This document shows positions 29,028 through 39,419 of a stretch of 64,000 bases of DNA, one piece after another. A model generated the notes under the pieces. That model did no database searches. It saw nothing but the letters and a program-made list of their open reading frames with translations, and was not told the origin of the DNA. The stretch's first letter is position 1, and every line of letters begins with the position of its first letter. Both the position numbers and the translations under genes were made by a program. Source of the DNA: an uncultured virus (IMG/VR IMGVR_UViG_3300046519_000369) (Duplodnaviria > Heunggongvirae > Uroviricota > Caudoviricetes); the IMG/VR virus record IMGVR_UViG_3300046519_000369; one strand, 5' to 3'.

Positions 29028-29257
29028 GTATTTTTTGTATAAAACTATAGAAAAATCTATATCTCACTAATTTTTAATCTTGATGATTAAAAAACCACCT
29101 CAGAGGGTGGTTTTTTTATGCATGAAATTACACAACAAACCTGAAGTTCGAATATCAAAAATAGAGGATAGAAGTTCTAAAAAGCAAAAAGCCCATGACG
29201 GCAATCATGAGCTTTTTAATTCAACTCAACCGGTGAAAGTTAAGGAGAAATATCTCT

Positions 29258-29407
29258 GTGCATAAGCATACATCAAAAACTGAACTAAAGGTAGATGGGA
29301 AAATGAGCGAGAAAGGTGCTGACCGTGCAGGACTAATGCAGTCAATTACCAATTTGGGCTTAGCCTTGGGAATGATTGTTATCGCGATTATTTTGGCGCT
29401 GAAATAA
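29258..29407 (+). CDS. Small single-TM peptide (49 aa, GTG start), candidate type I toxin
   Basis: AAGGAG RBS; MHKHTSKTELKVDGKMSEKGADRAGLMQSITNLGLALGMIVIAIILALK; paralog at 47462. Confidence 0.7.
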   Translation: MHKHTSKTELKVDGKMSEKGADRAGLMQSITNLGLALGMIVIAIILALK

Positions 29408-29512
29408 TCGCTCTCTTACAACGTACCGCCTTCGGGCGGTTTTTTAATGCCTGAAGCAAAGCAGAGGGCTAAACAATTAAATCCGCAAGGCGGTATCTCC
29501 AGGAGATTTTAA

Positions 29513-30268
29513 ATGTCAGATGAAATCAAAGTTGATCTGGAAAATCCAGAAGTTAAGGCTGCTATTCAGAAAGCTGTTGATGAACAGGTACAGGGCTTAA
29601 AAACCAAGAATAGCGAACTCATTACTAAGAACAGTGAATTAAAAACTGAACTGGGTGATTTGAAGCAACAACTTGAAGGAGTTGATCTGGGAGCAATTAA
29701 GGAGCTGCTTACCAAGGCGAGTATGGATGAAGAAACGAGACTTATTGCCGAGGGCAAGGTTGAAGAAGTCATCCATAAACGTACTGAGAAGATGCGTGAA
29801 CAGCATGACAAGTTACTCAATGCCGAAAAAGAACGGGCTGATAAAGCAGAAGCTTATGCCAACAAGTTCAAGCAGTCGGTAGTTCAGAGCCAGATTGTAC
29901 AGGCTGCTCTTGAGCTGGAGGCTTTGCCGGAAGCAACAGCAGATATCGCATTTCTTGCCAATTCTAAATTTGTACTCGATGAAAACGGTAAGGCCGTAGC
30001 AGTCGATACACAAGGCGAAGTAATTATTGGGAAAGACGGTAAGACGGCGCTATCACCAAAAGAATGGGTCGAAACCTTGCGTGAGCAAAAGCCTTATTTC
30101 TGGCCTAAAGCAAATGGAACAGGTTCACCAGGTAGTACCAATACAAAAGGACAGGTTGATATTACCAAGCCAGACGGTTCGGTGAATCTGACCAAACTTG
30201 CCCAATTACGAAATGAAAATCCGCAGCTGGCGAAAGAGCTGGCGGCTAAACACGGTATTAATCTTTAA
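29513..30268 (+). CDS. Capsid scaffolding protein
   Basis: Coiled coil; directly upstream of major capsid. Confidence 0.85.
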   Translation: MSDEIKVDLENPEVKAAIQKAVDEQVQGLKTKNSELITKNSELKTELGDLKQQLEGVDLGAIKELLTKASMDEETRLIAEGKVEEVIHKRTEKMREQHDKLLNAEKERADKAEAYANKFKQSVVQSQIVQAALELEALPEATADIAFLANSKFVLDENGKAVAVDTQGEVIIGKDGKTALSPKEWVETLREQKPYFWPKANGTGSPGSTNTKGQVDITKPDGSVNLTKLAQLRNENPQLAKELAAKHGINL

Positions 30269-30281
30269 GGAGTAAAGCCTA

Positions 30282-31232
30282 ATGGCTGAGACAAAAATTG
30301 CTGATGTCATCGTACCCGAGTTATTTACTCAGTACGTTTTAAATAAAACTGCCAAGAAGTCCGCTTTATGGCAGTCGGGAATTGTAGGGGAGCTGGATGT
30401 CGAAGTTGCATTCGGTACACAAGGTGGATCTACCGTAAATATCCCGTTCTGGAACGATTTGGACGGGGAATCTGAAGTACTTTCAGATGCGACACCTCTA
30501 ACCGTAAACAACATTGCCGCGGGTCAGGATATTGCTATTTTGCATGCACGTGGTAAGGCATGGGGTGCCAATGATCTGGCAAAAGCTTTATCTGGTGACG
30601 ATCCACTTGGCGCAGTTGGTGATCTGGTTGCTGATTACTGGGCACGTGAGTTTCAAGGCTTTACTGTTAATACGCTTAAAGGTGTGTTCGGTTCTGCAAG
30701 TATGGCAAGTAATACACATGACATCTCTGCTGGTACTGGAGCCGCGGCAGTTATTGATGGTGTTTCATTTATCGATGCCTCATACAAGCTTGGGGATGCC
30801 GTCGATAAATTAACGGCTATTGCCATGCATTCGGCAACCATGGCTGCACTAGCCAAGCAGGGCCTGATTGAAACCGTACGTGATGCAGATGGTGTGGTGC
30901 TCTACAAAACCTTCATGGATCGCCGTGTGATTGTCGATGATGGTATGCCAGTTGATGGTGATGTATTCACATCATTCCTGTTCGGACAAGGTGCTATCGG
31001 CTTTCAGGATATCGGTGCACCCGTAGGAGTTGAGACTGACCGAGACAGCCTAGCAGGCTCTGATATTCTCATTAACCGCCGTCACTTTGTTTTGCACCCT
31101 CGTGGCATCAAATGGGCTGGTGCAATGGGTGTTGCTCCGAATAATGCAGGTCTTTCATCTGATGCCAACTGGGAACGCGTCTACGATCCAAAGCAGATTC
31201 GTATTGTGGCGTTCAAGCACAAAGTTAAATAA
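30282..31232 (+). CDS. Major capsid protein
   Basis: TKIADVIVPE, IPFWNDL, NWERVY. Confidence 0.92.
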   Translation: MAETKIADVIVPELFTQYVLNKTAKKSALWQSGIVGELDVEVAFGTQGGSTVNIPFWNDLDGESEVLSDATPLTVNNIAAGQDIAILHARGKAWGANDLAKALSGDDPLGAVGDLVADYWAREFQGFTVNTLKGVFGSASMASNTHDISAGTGAAAVIDGVSFIDASYKLGDAVDKLTAIAMHSATMAALAKQGLIETVRDADGVVLYKTFMDRRVIVDDGMPVDGDVFTSFLFGQGAIGFQDIGAPVGVETDRDSLAGSDILINRRHFVLHPRGIKWAGAMGVAPNNAGLSSDANWERVYDPKQIRIVAFKHKVK

Positions 31233-31274
31233 AGACGGGCGGAATTATCCGCCTTTTCTTTTGGAGATAAATCA

Positions 31275-31583
31275 ATGGGCCTATCCGCATTTAACCGCAT
31301 GAGAGAACGTCAAATGACACAAGCAAAAGTAACTGAACTCGAAGAACAACTGGCAACGTTGAAAGGTGAATTTATTGCCTTCCAGAATGATCCAGAGGCA
31401 ATGAAAACACGTATTGCTGAGCTTGAATCTGGTGAAGGTGATCAAAAGCCTAGTGAAGTTCAATCAATTAACTATGCAGGGCTTAAAGTTGATGAGCTTC
31501 GTGCTGTTTTAACTGAAAAAGGCATTGCATTTGAATCAGGCGCTAAAAAAGACGAACTTTTAGCATTAATTCCAAAGGAATAA
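31275..31583 (+). CDS. HeH/LEM-domain head protein
   Basis: LKVDELRAVL.EKGI....AKKDELLAL. Confidence 0.75.
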   Translation: MGLSAFNRMRERQMTQAKVTELEEQLATLKGEFIAFQNDPEAMKTRIAELESGEGDQKPSEVQSINYAGLKVDELRAVLTEKGIAFESGAKKDELLALIPKE

Positions 31584-31586
31584 TCC

Positions 31587-31967
31587 ATGAGCTTTATCAC
31601 TGAACAAGAAGCGATAGAACATGTTGAAGGCTTTGATGCTTTATCTGCCAGTGATAAGGCTCAATACCTTCAGATGGCTGAAGCTTATCTATTAGCACGT
31701 AATGTTAAATCTTATGAAGATGTCACTCTGGTTCCTGAGCCCCTGAAAACAGCCTCATATCAAATCATCAAGGGCATTATTAAAGGTGATTTATATCAAG
31801 GGCAGGAACAGGCATTAAAGCGTAAGAAAGTTAAGGCTGATACTGTTGAGACCGAAAAGGAATATCAGGACGGATCAGTAAAACTTAGTGCGATAGAGCA
31901 ATTCATTCTCGATTTGATCAAGCCGTATAGCAAAAGAAAATCCGTATTTTTTGTCAGGAAAATTTAA
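31587..31967 (+). CDS. Head-tail connector
   Basis: Position and size. Confidence 0.7.
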   Translation: MSFITEQEAIEHVEGFDALSASDKAQYLQMAEAYLLARNVKSYEDVTLVPEPLKTASYQIIKGIIKGDLYQGQEQALKRKKVKADTVETEKEYQDGSVKLSAIEQFILDLIKPYSKRKSVFFVRKI

Positions 31968-32335
31968 TGGGCTTACGTGACGAAATTCAGGCAGATATTG
32001 CTGAAGCATTTAATGAGGATCTAGCAGACGCCGTTCATACTTTTACCTGTGAACGGATCACTAAATTAAATTGGGATCCTAAGACGGAAACTTATTTTGA
32101 AGTTAAAGAAAATTATTCAGGCCGTGGTGTTCTGTTTGGCTCTTTCAGTCAGTATGAGATCCAGTCACTCGGAGTATTGGCCACGGATAAGAAGGCGACC
32201 ATGCTTCAAAATGAAGTGACCATGGCCCCAAAAATTGATGATGAGTGGCTAACAGCCTTAGGCTCATTTCGAGTAATTCATATTCAGCAGGATCCAGCTA
32301 GCACAATCTGGAAATGTCAGTTGAGGAAAATATAG
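31967..32335 (+). CDS. Head closure/adaptor protein
   Basis: Position; DPA..IW.CQLR C-terminus. Confidence 0.7.
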   Translation: MGLRDEIQADIAEAFNEDLADAVHTFTCERITKLNWDPKTETYFEVKENYSGRGVLFGSFSQYEIQSLGVLATDKKATMLQNEVTMAPKIDDEWLTALGSFRVIHIQQDPASTIWKCQLRKI

Positions 32336-32376
32336 GAAAGATTCTATATAATCAGGCTCGAAATATAGGAGTTCTT

Positions 32377-32973
32377 ATGAATAAGAAATTTTTACTATGG
32401 AGTATAATTTTATTATCAGGTTGTTCATCTGTTAATAATCCAGTGAAGCAAGAATTAACTCCCACTAATATCTCAGATGCGTATAAAGAAATTTCTGAAA
32501 TCAAGGATTACAAATCTCGCTTATTTTTAAATTATGCAAAAGAAATAAAAACAAAATACCCAGAGATGAAGACGTCAACTTATGGTCGTCCAATGTCTAT
32601 AAGATTTAATCCTGTAAGTTCAGATTACTATTATGAGCATAAAAATGACAAAAAATGGTTAAATTTTTATCTATCACAGAGTTTTGATGAAAAAATATGG
32701 AGAGATCTTTATGTATATTCAAAACATTCAGGAAATTATCAAGCATCTAAAGATGAAGCTATTAAATATTGTAAAGAAATTACTTCACTTATCTCTCCAA
32801 GCTTCAGCATTGTAATAGACAAATTAAGTCGTGATTTAGAATTAAAAGAAAAGAAAGGATCTGCACGAGCACTCAGTACTTTCAGTGGAAGTTTTAATAT
32901 CTTGTTAAATGGTGAGGAGTTTGATGAAGGTGGGCCCTTTATATGTAATATTACTCAGTTTGAAGATAGTTAG
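32377..32973 (+). CDS. Lipoprotein moron
   Basis: LLSGC lipobox; AGGAG RBS. Confidence 0.75.
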   Translation: MNKKFLLWSIILLSGCSSVNNPVKQELTPTNISDAYKEISEIKDYKSRLFLNYAKEIKTKYPEMKTSTYGRPMSIRFNPVSSDYYYEHKNDKKWLNFYLSQSFDEKIWRDLYVYSKHSGNYQASKDEAIKYCKEITSLISPSFSIVIDKLSRDLELKEKKGSARALSTFSGSFNILLNGEEFDEGGPFICNITQFEDS

Positions 32974-33049
32974 ACTACTGAAAAAAGATAGCTGAATTGA
33001 TTAATTTTCTATTAATTAAAATATCCATTTATAAATTTAATAAAATTAT

Positions 33050-33516
33050 ATGACAACAACTACCCATAGTACGCTTTATATTTCCCGTACAAGCAATTAC
33101 GAGGGCGATGGTACTGACGATAAAGAAGAATTTATTGAGTCATGCAACATCCATTTTAAAGATCTGTTCAAAGATCAAGAATCAATATCAACACTTTCAA
33201 AAACTGAAAAAAATACTTTGATAAGTGTGTTTCAGCTTCAAATGATAAATATGCGGCTGAAGAGGTTATTTATGATCTTGGAGTTGGTTTTGCAATACTA
33301 GTTGTTTTGTTGGGCATAGGCTGGGGGTTTTATGAAGGGAAAAAATCTTTAAATACTCCAATGATAATTAATCCAAAGGAAAATTCTGAGAATGATACCA
33401 ATGGAGGCCATATCACTGACGGGGTTATCATAGTCTTTATTTCCGTAATTATTGCTGCATTTATTTATCTAATTTTTAGTTTTGTTTCCGGAATATGGAT
33501 ATCGATTAAATATTAA
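33050..33516 (+). pseudogene. Membrane protein gene split by a frameshift at an A7 tract
   Basis: One extra A at 33207-33213 gives continuous ...TEKKYFDKCVSAS...GVGFAILVVLLGIGW... to 33516. Confidence 0.7.
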
Positions 33517-33641
33517 AGTTTCGAGAAGGGTAGATATGGAACCAAAATTTATTAGGAAATTCAAATTGTAATATAAATTTATAGATATAAGTTCAAACCC
33601 ACTTCGGTGGGTTTTTTAATGGGCGTAAGTTAGGAGTTTAG

Positions 33642-34049
33642 ATGATAAGTACAGATTATGTCCCTTTATGGCACATCTCGCCATTTCAACATGTGCATTA
33701 CACACTGGCTAGAAATCAACTCCATATGGATCTTCTATTTGAGGATATGAATAAGGTTGATCAGTTCATGTCTATAGAAGGAGCAGCAGCTCAAGTCGAT
33801 TACTATTTTGATGGCGCTTATGCAATTGTTCAGCTTGGTGACACTTCAGAACGAAAACCGATTGAAGTTTATGGGCTGCTTTTACATGAAGCTGTCCACG
33901 TCTGGCAAAAAATCAGAAAACTAATGGGTGAAAAGGAGCCTAGCTCAGAATTTGAAGCTTACTCAATTCAAGCAATCGCTCAAGACCTTTTCGAAATGTA
34001 CGAAGAAAGTGAGGTTAAGCATGGGATGGAAGGGGAAAAAGCCGACTGA
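33642..34049 (+). CDS. Phage protein with HExxH motif
   Basis: LLHEAVH...EFEAY. Confidence 0.75.
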   Translation: MISTDYVPLWHISPFQHVHYTLARNQLHMDLLFEDMNKVDQFMSIEGAAAQVDYYFDGAYAIVQLGDTSERKPIEVYGLLLHEAVHVWQKIRKLMGEKEPSSEFEAYSIQAIAQDLFEMYEESEVKHGMEGEKAD

Positions 34050-34389
34050 TTTTAGTTTGGATGTGACTAAAACAGCAGAAGACCAAGTAAAGAAAATCAC
34101 CATGGATACAGTGCAATCGTTAGTTGTTTCTAGCCCAGTTGATACAGGAGCTTACAGATCTTCTCATATTGTTTCGATTGGCTCTGGTGATTATGGTGTA
34201 CGTGGACCAGATACAAACACTGTTCAAAATGCAGCTATTCAGGCTGTGAAGTTTAAACTGGGAAATTTGGTCTATATCCAGAACAACCTTCCATATGCTG
34301 AACGCTTAGAAAATGGTTGGTCTGATCAAGCGCCGCAAGGAATATACAACACTACCTTTAACTTTATCTCTCAAAAGTATGGTGGCTAG
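34021..34389 (+). CDS. HK97 gp10-like tail completion protein
   Basis: SPVDTG.YR; NNLPYAERLENG.S.QAP.G. Confidence 0.85.
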   Translation: MGWKGKKPTDFSLDVTKTAEDQVKKITMDTVQSLVVSSPVDTGAYRSSHIVSIGSGDYGVRGPDTNTVQNAAIQAVKFKLGNLVYIQNNLPYAERLENGWSDQAPQGIYNTTFNFISQKYGG

Positions 34390-34390
34390 A

Positions 34391-34789
34391 ATGGCAATGA
34401 CATTAGAGCAAACTAGACAAGCTATTATCAGCCGCATGCAAAGCTTTACAGGTATTGCTCAGGACAGAATCCAGTATCCAAATGCACCAACTTTTACAGT
34501 GCCAAAGGACGGTTTGTGGTGTCGTTTAACGATCGCTGGTGGGCCTAGTTTTATATCCGGAGTCGCTGATAAGCCTTGTACACGCCGTACTGGTAATATT
34601 ATGGTTCAGTGTTTTGCTCGGCCTAATTCAGGAATTATGGAAATTACTAAACTAAGCGATGCATTGCTTGCTCATTTTGAATATTACTCATTCGATCATC
34701 TTGAGTGTTTACAAGGGCAATCTAGTTATTCTGAACAAAACAAAGACTTTGTTCAGAATAACTTAATAATTCCTTATGTGATTCATTAG
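34391..34789 (+). CDS. Tail terminator
   Basis: YPNAP.F..P...W.R; position. Confidence 0.75.
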   Translation: MAMTLEQTRQAIISRMQSFTGIAQDRIQYPNAPTFTVPKDGLWCRLTIAGGPSFISGVADKPCTRRTGNIMVQCFARPNSGIMEITKLSDALLAHFEYYSFDHLECLQGQSSYSEQNKDFVQNNLIIPYVIH

Positions 34790-34900
34790 TAATTCTACAT
34801 TATTTTTATTTATATTATGTAAAAATGTAAACAATTGGGTTAAATCCTTTTTTTTATTTTTTGCATATTTTATTTTAGTACCAAATATTATTTTTGATAA

Positions 34901-35659
34901 ATGAGAAATATGCAAAATAAAAAGTTGATTTGGTTAATTGTCTTAATATTAATACTTATTGGTTTTATCTACTACTTCTATCCTAAGAATCAAGAGGATA
35001 AATTGAATTCTCAGCAAGGTAGCTCCGAAACAAAAGATAAGTTAAATAAAAACAATTCAATAGCTTCAAATGAAGTTAACCGAAAAGTTAAGTTCGAAAA
35101 ATTCAATCCACAGCTGAATTGGAAGGATAAAAAACTTAAAATTAATGGTAAAGAAATTGATTATAGATTTGGAGAAGGTAATCCCGAAGAAGTAGCCTTA
35201 AATTCTGAAGATTATCGTGCTAAAGGTGATCATGATGGAATTCCGTATGTCACTCCAGAAACAGAAAAGAATCTCAATGATTTTTTGTCTGACTCCGATT
35301 TACCCGATATTTTAGATAAATGTGAAAATTATAATCGTAATGAGATGGCTAGGCTTAATCCAAATATTCCTGCTAATCAGCTACCTATTTTATTATCTTC
35401 AAGTGACTTTGATATCGAAAACTTGATGAAGGTAGACCCTAATACTGGGCGAAAAGAAATAGATTTATCAATTATTAATAGAATAAATGACTTCATGAAT
35501 ACATTAAGTAACCCTATGTCAGGTGATGAATTCGCTGTTAAATGTGCAGGTACTTCATATTTACAAAGTATTGAACGTATAAAACAAAAATTTACTACTT
35601 TAAATAAGTCATATACCAATACGGGAGGAGGCGTATTAGGTAAAGAGTGGACACGTTAA
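34901..35659 (+). CDS. Membrane-anchored moron protein
   Basis: N-terminal TM. Confidence 0.75.
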   Translation: MRNMQNKKLIWLIVLILILIGFIYYFYPKNQEDKLNSQQGSSETKDKLNKNNSIASNEVNRKVKFEKFNPQLNWKDKKLKINGKEIDYRFGEGNPEEVALNSEDYRAKGDHDGIPYVTPETEKNLNDFLSDSDLPDILDKCENYNRNEMARLNPNIPANQLPILLSSSDFDIENLMKVDPNTGRKEIDLSIINRINDFMNTLSNPMSGDEFAVKCAGTSYLQSIERIKQKFTTLNKSYTNTGGGVLGKEWTR

Positions 35660-35697
35660 TTTTAAAAAAACTTAATTATTCCTTTGAGGATATTTCT

Positions 35698-36279
35698 ATG
35701 AGAAAAAAGCTTCCAACAACAATAATGGCTGCTGTTTTAAGTACTTCTGTATTTGCAGATGCGCCGCGTAAATCACCTTGGAATTATACTTCAGCTTCTA
35801 ATTATGCTTATCAATGGGCCTTATCTCGAAATGCAAATTATATAAATTTCTCTAATGATTGTACTAATTTTGCTAGTCAAGCTCTAAGGGCCGGTGGGTG
35901 GAAAGATACGGTTTCTTTGCAATCGACACAGGCTTCAAGTTGGTACTATAAATCTGCTACAAGCTACGCTCAAACCTGGTCAACTGCAAATGGTCTACGA
36001 TATCGTTTTACTAATGGTTATGAGCTTGGAACAACTAAATTACCAAGAAGTCTTTTAGGAACAGTACCTGAATATTTACATACTGATATTCGATTAGGAG
36101 ATATTATTTTTGCTGATTGGAATGATGATGGAATTTATGACCATACTATGGTGGTTACGCAAGTAAATTTAACTTCAACTTTGGTTAGTTATCATTCCAA
36201 TGATAATAGAGACAAATCTATGTTAACTATTTCTTTGGAAAATCCAAACGCCCGCTTTGAGGTTTATCACATAACTTAA
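35698..36279 (+). CDS. Exported amidase_6-like (Cys-His) protein
   Basis: Signal peptide; DCTNFASQALRAGG; GDII..DW..DG.YDH. Confidence 0.8.
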   Translation: MRKKLPTTIMAAVLSTSVFADAPRKSPWNYTSASNYAYQWALSRNANYINFSNDCTNFASQALRAGGWKDTVSLQSTQASSWYYKSATSYAQTWSTANGLRYRFTNGYELGTTKLPRSLLGTVPEYLHTDIRLGDIIFADWNDDGIYDHTMVVTQVNLTSTLVSYHSNDNRDKSMLTISLENPNARFEVYHIT

Positions 36280-36377
36280 ATATGCTGTAATTTAAAAAGG
36301 GCGCATTTCGCGTCCTTTTTTATTGCTTCGTTATAGCCACCTCATAGGTGGTTTTTTTATATCTATAGGAATCACTT

Positions 36378-36728
36378 ATGAGCAATTTTGTTTTTAAGCG
36401 TGGTGACACATTCAACTTAAATTTACAGCTCGTTGATATGGATGATGCGCTGCAATATCCAGCCAATGATGTACGTCGAGCGATTGATTTAACGGGTTAT
36501 ACCTTTACTTCTCAGGTCAAAACTTTGGATGGTACCGCTGTAGCAACATTAACTTGCGCCGCACTGAGCCAAGCGACTCAGAAAGGGTGGTTGAACGTGA
36601 AGTCGAGTGCAACTACTACAGCTTGGCCTTTAGGTTTGTGCCAGATGGATATCAAAGCAGTTTTAGGTGGAGTAATCCAACATACTGAAACCCTGACATT
36701 CCAAGTTATTGATGGAGTAACGGCATAA
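36378..36728 (+). CDS. Tail-associated protein (BppU-N-like)
   Basis: KRGDTF...DLTGYTFTSQV. Confidence 0.7.
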   Translation: MSNFVFKRGDTFNLNLQLVDMDDALQYPANDVRRAIDLTGYTFTSQVKTLDGTAVATLTCAALSQATQKGWLNVKSSATTTAWPLGLCQMDIKAVLGGVIQHTETLTFQVIDGVTA

Positions 36729-37825
36729 TGGCAAATCTAGTTTTTAAATTTTCATGGGATCATCGGCCATTCCAATATAATTCTGCTCAAGGTAAGCGGC
36801 AGTTTATGTTGCCTTTTGCTTCAGGTATTCCAAACCTAACCCCAGACTGGACTCAGGTTACAGGACTTGGTACAGCGGCAACAAAAAATGTTGGTACTGC
36901 AAACGGAGAAGTTGCTGCTTTTGGGCCTTATGGGGTAGCTGATCTTGGGTATGGTGCATCGCCAGCTTCAGAACCTGAAACTGATCTAGATGTAATTTAT
37001 AAGTCAGGTGTTCAAAAAACACGTTTTAGAAATGCTCCACCCAGTATTTATACTAATCCATATGTTGCAGGCTATGCTCCTTCAATAATGATTACACGTG
37101 GAGGACTTACAGGAACTGAACTGTTCTTACCGTATTACACCTCAACTCGTGCCAATTTCATGGGGGTAATTGCATGGAGCTATAACTCTACTACTGGAAA
37201 TCTCAGTAAAACCGAACAAATCGTTTACACCAGCAAGAACTCAATTGTTTATGCAACTGATAATAGTGCGACCAGTGGAAAGTTAGTTACTGTTGAAGCT
37301 TCAGGTGAATTGCGCTCTAAGGGTTTTACTGTCGATTCTAACGGGGTTTATAAGGCAGCTTCACCGATTGCAAGATTGTTTGCGGACTCACTTGAACTTA
37401 ATGAAGATGCTTCAAAACAGCCGATTAGCTTTGAAAAGATAGATGTTGGTGATTACCTGATTAAAGACTCGCTGGGTTTTGCTAAAGAAGGCTGGTATAT
37501 CGAAATGCCTAAGGATGCTAACGGCAATGTAGTTGTAGCAGTGTCTTATGAGCAGCTTGAAGATGGAGACATTTCAGTAAAAACCTACAAGAAAAAGTTC
37601 GATATTGAAACTGCTTCAATTGTGCCGGATTTTGATAATCCAATAGATATTCCTGAGAGTCGCTGGATTGATATCCGTTTGCATGAAGAACCTGAGCCAG
37701 AACCTGAAGAGCCACCAAGTGAAACACCAGTCGATTTTCAACCAACCAATTTATCTGAAGCAGTATCTGCGGCACTAAATGGTATAGAACCGCCTGAATC
37801 CTCAAACCCTGATGAAACTCTTTAA
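36728..37825 (+). CDS. Tail fibre-like protein
   Basis: GLGTAAT.NVGT..G; KAASPI; P.DANGN; PIDIP..RWIDIRL. Confidence 0.75.
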   Translation: MANLVFKFSWDHRPFQYNSAQGKRQFMLPFASGIPNLTPDWTQVTGLGTAATKNVGTANGEVAAFGPYGVADLGYGASPASEPETDLDVIYKSGVQKTRFRNAPPSIYTNPYVAGYAPSIMITRGGLTGTELFLPYYTSTRANFMGVIAWSYNSTTGNLSKTEQIVYTSKNSIVYATDNSATSGKLVTVEASGELRSKGFTVDSNGVYKAASPIARLFADSLELNEDASKQPISFEKIDVGDYLIKDSLGFAKEGWYIEMPKDANGNVVVAVSYEQLEDGDISVKTYKKKFDIETASIVPDFDNPIDIPESRWIDIRLHEEPEPEPEEPPSETPVDFQPTNLSEAVSAALNGIEPPESSNPDETL

Positions 37826-37919
37826 AGGACCGCTTAATTAGCGGTTTTTTTACACCCATTTTTTAAACGACCCGCTGATGAAGCGGGTTTTTTTATGCCT
37901 AAATTTTGGAGAACTATAA

Positions 37920-38837
37920 ATGAGTTCAGGCGCAAAAATTCGATTATATGCTTGTGAAGAAGCAGTACTGGGAACAACCCCCGCTAATCCAATCTGGTAC
38001 GTCGTTCGCCGTGTGAGTGACGGATTATCTGAAAACGTTTCTACAGAAGAAAGCAGTGAAGTTGTAGATTCACGCTTTCGTCAGGGTGGAGTGGTTACTG
38101 AAGCTGAAGTGGCTGGTCAGTTAGAGTTTGAATTATCTGTAGGAACATTCGATTTATTCTTGAGTGCCTTGGCCTTCAATAACTGGGGAGCCAATGCTTT
38201 AAGCTTTGGAGGCACAGTTCGAAAATCTTTTACCTTGGTGAAAGTTTTTGAAGATGTTGGACAGGTCTTTATTTACCGTGGTGTTCAGGTAAATACGGGT
38301 GAAATTACCATTCAGACCACAGGAAAGATTACTGGTAACTTTGGCTTGGTTGGTAATTCATTTACTCGTCAGCAAGTAAACCCAGTTGTTAATCCAGTAG
38401 CTGCTTCAAACCGTCCATTGGTCAGCATGCCAAACGTAGAAAACTTGCTTGTGAATGGTCAATCGATTCAAGGTAAGGCGTGTTTGCAGTCACTCACGCT
38501 TTCTCTTAACAATAATCTGGAAGCAATCCGCTGTATCGGTTCTGGTAAATACACACCAGAGTTCTATTTAGAGAAGATGATGGATATTGAAGCGAATGCT
38601 TCATTCATGTTCTCGGCTACAGCAGCAGGCTGGATTGATGCAATCAAAACCCGTGATGTATTCACTCTGACTTTTGATATTAAAGATAGTAAAGGAAGTA
38701 AATACTCCTTCAACTTCCCTCAATTAGAAGTTATGGAAGCTAATCACCCAGACGGCGGTGGTGATGACATCATCACTTTAGATATCAACTTTGCTCAAGT
38801 CCGTACAGCTCCGACGATTGTACGAGCGCTTGTGTAA
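37920..38837 (+). CDS. Major tail tube protein
   Basis: MSSGAK...E...GTTP; size and position. Confidence 0.88.
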   Translation: MSSGAKIRLYACEEAVLGTTPANPIWYVVRRVSDGLSENVSTEESSEVVDSRFRQGGVVTEAEVAGQLEFELSVGTFDLFLSALAFNNWGANALSFGGTVRKSFTLVKVFEDVGQVFIYRGVQVNTGEITIQTTGKITGNFGLVGNSFTRQQVNPVVNPVAASNRPLVSMPNVENLLVNGQSIQGKACLQSLTLSLNNNLEAIRCIGSGKYTPEFYLEKMMDIEANASFMFSATAAGWIDAIKTRDVFTLTFDIKDSKGSKYSFNFPQLEVMEANHPDGGGDDIITLDINFAQVRTAPTIVRALV

Positions 38838-38909
38838 TTCAAATTAATAAACCTTAAAGCCTATGGAATCCCATGGGCTTTTTTTATTTCCTAAATTTCA
38901 GAGGTAGAT

Positions 38910-39419
38910 ATGTCTTTAAAAGTTGGAATTGTTCGAAGTTCGGAAGTATCTAAGTGGTGTACGTTTGAAACTGCTGGTGGACAAGCTGAGTTTAAAATTC
39001 GTGGGATTGGTTATAAGCCGTTTCAAGTTGCGTTAGAAAAGGCAGGCAATCAGATCTCATCTAAAGGCTATGATGTGATGGTAAAAGATGAAAACGGAAA
39101 GCTTTATCATGAGCTTTTATTAGATGCCGCTGGAGCGCATTTAATCGAAGACTGGAAGGGTGTTGTTTTTGCTGAAGTAGAAGAAGGTGAAACAGTCGAA
39201 ATTGACCAACCTTACACGCCTGAAAATGCATCTAAGTTGCTTAACCTTGGTGATATTGGCCTATTAATTTGGTCATTTATCAAAGAGCAAGCGCAGAAGA
39301 TCCAAGAAGAAGCCGATAAATACAAGGCGACGATTTTGGGAAAGTCATCGAACTCTACAAATACCAGAAAACCTATGCGTCGAAAACGCCGCACGAAATC
39401 GAACAAATCAAGTTCTTAG
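38910..39419 (+). CDS. Tail assembly chaperone G
   Basis: Follows tail tube; DWKGV; contains slippery site. Confidence 0.85.
   Translation: MSLKVGIVRSSEVSKWCTFETAGGQAEFKIRGIGYKPFQVALEKAGNQISSKGYDVMVKDENGKLYHELLLDAAGAHLIEDWKGVVFAEVEEGETVEIDQPYTPENASKLLNLGDIGLLIWSFIKEQAQKIQEEADKYKATILGKSSNSTNTRKPMRRKRRTKSNKSSS

Noticed and set aside
29080..29265. 61-aa ORF from the track
   Set aside because: Runs through a terminator and the structured leader; the supported ORF is 29258-29407.
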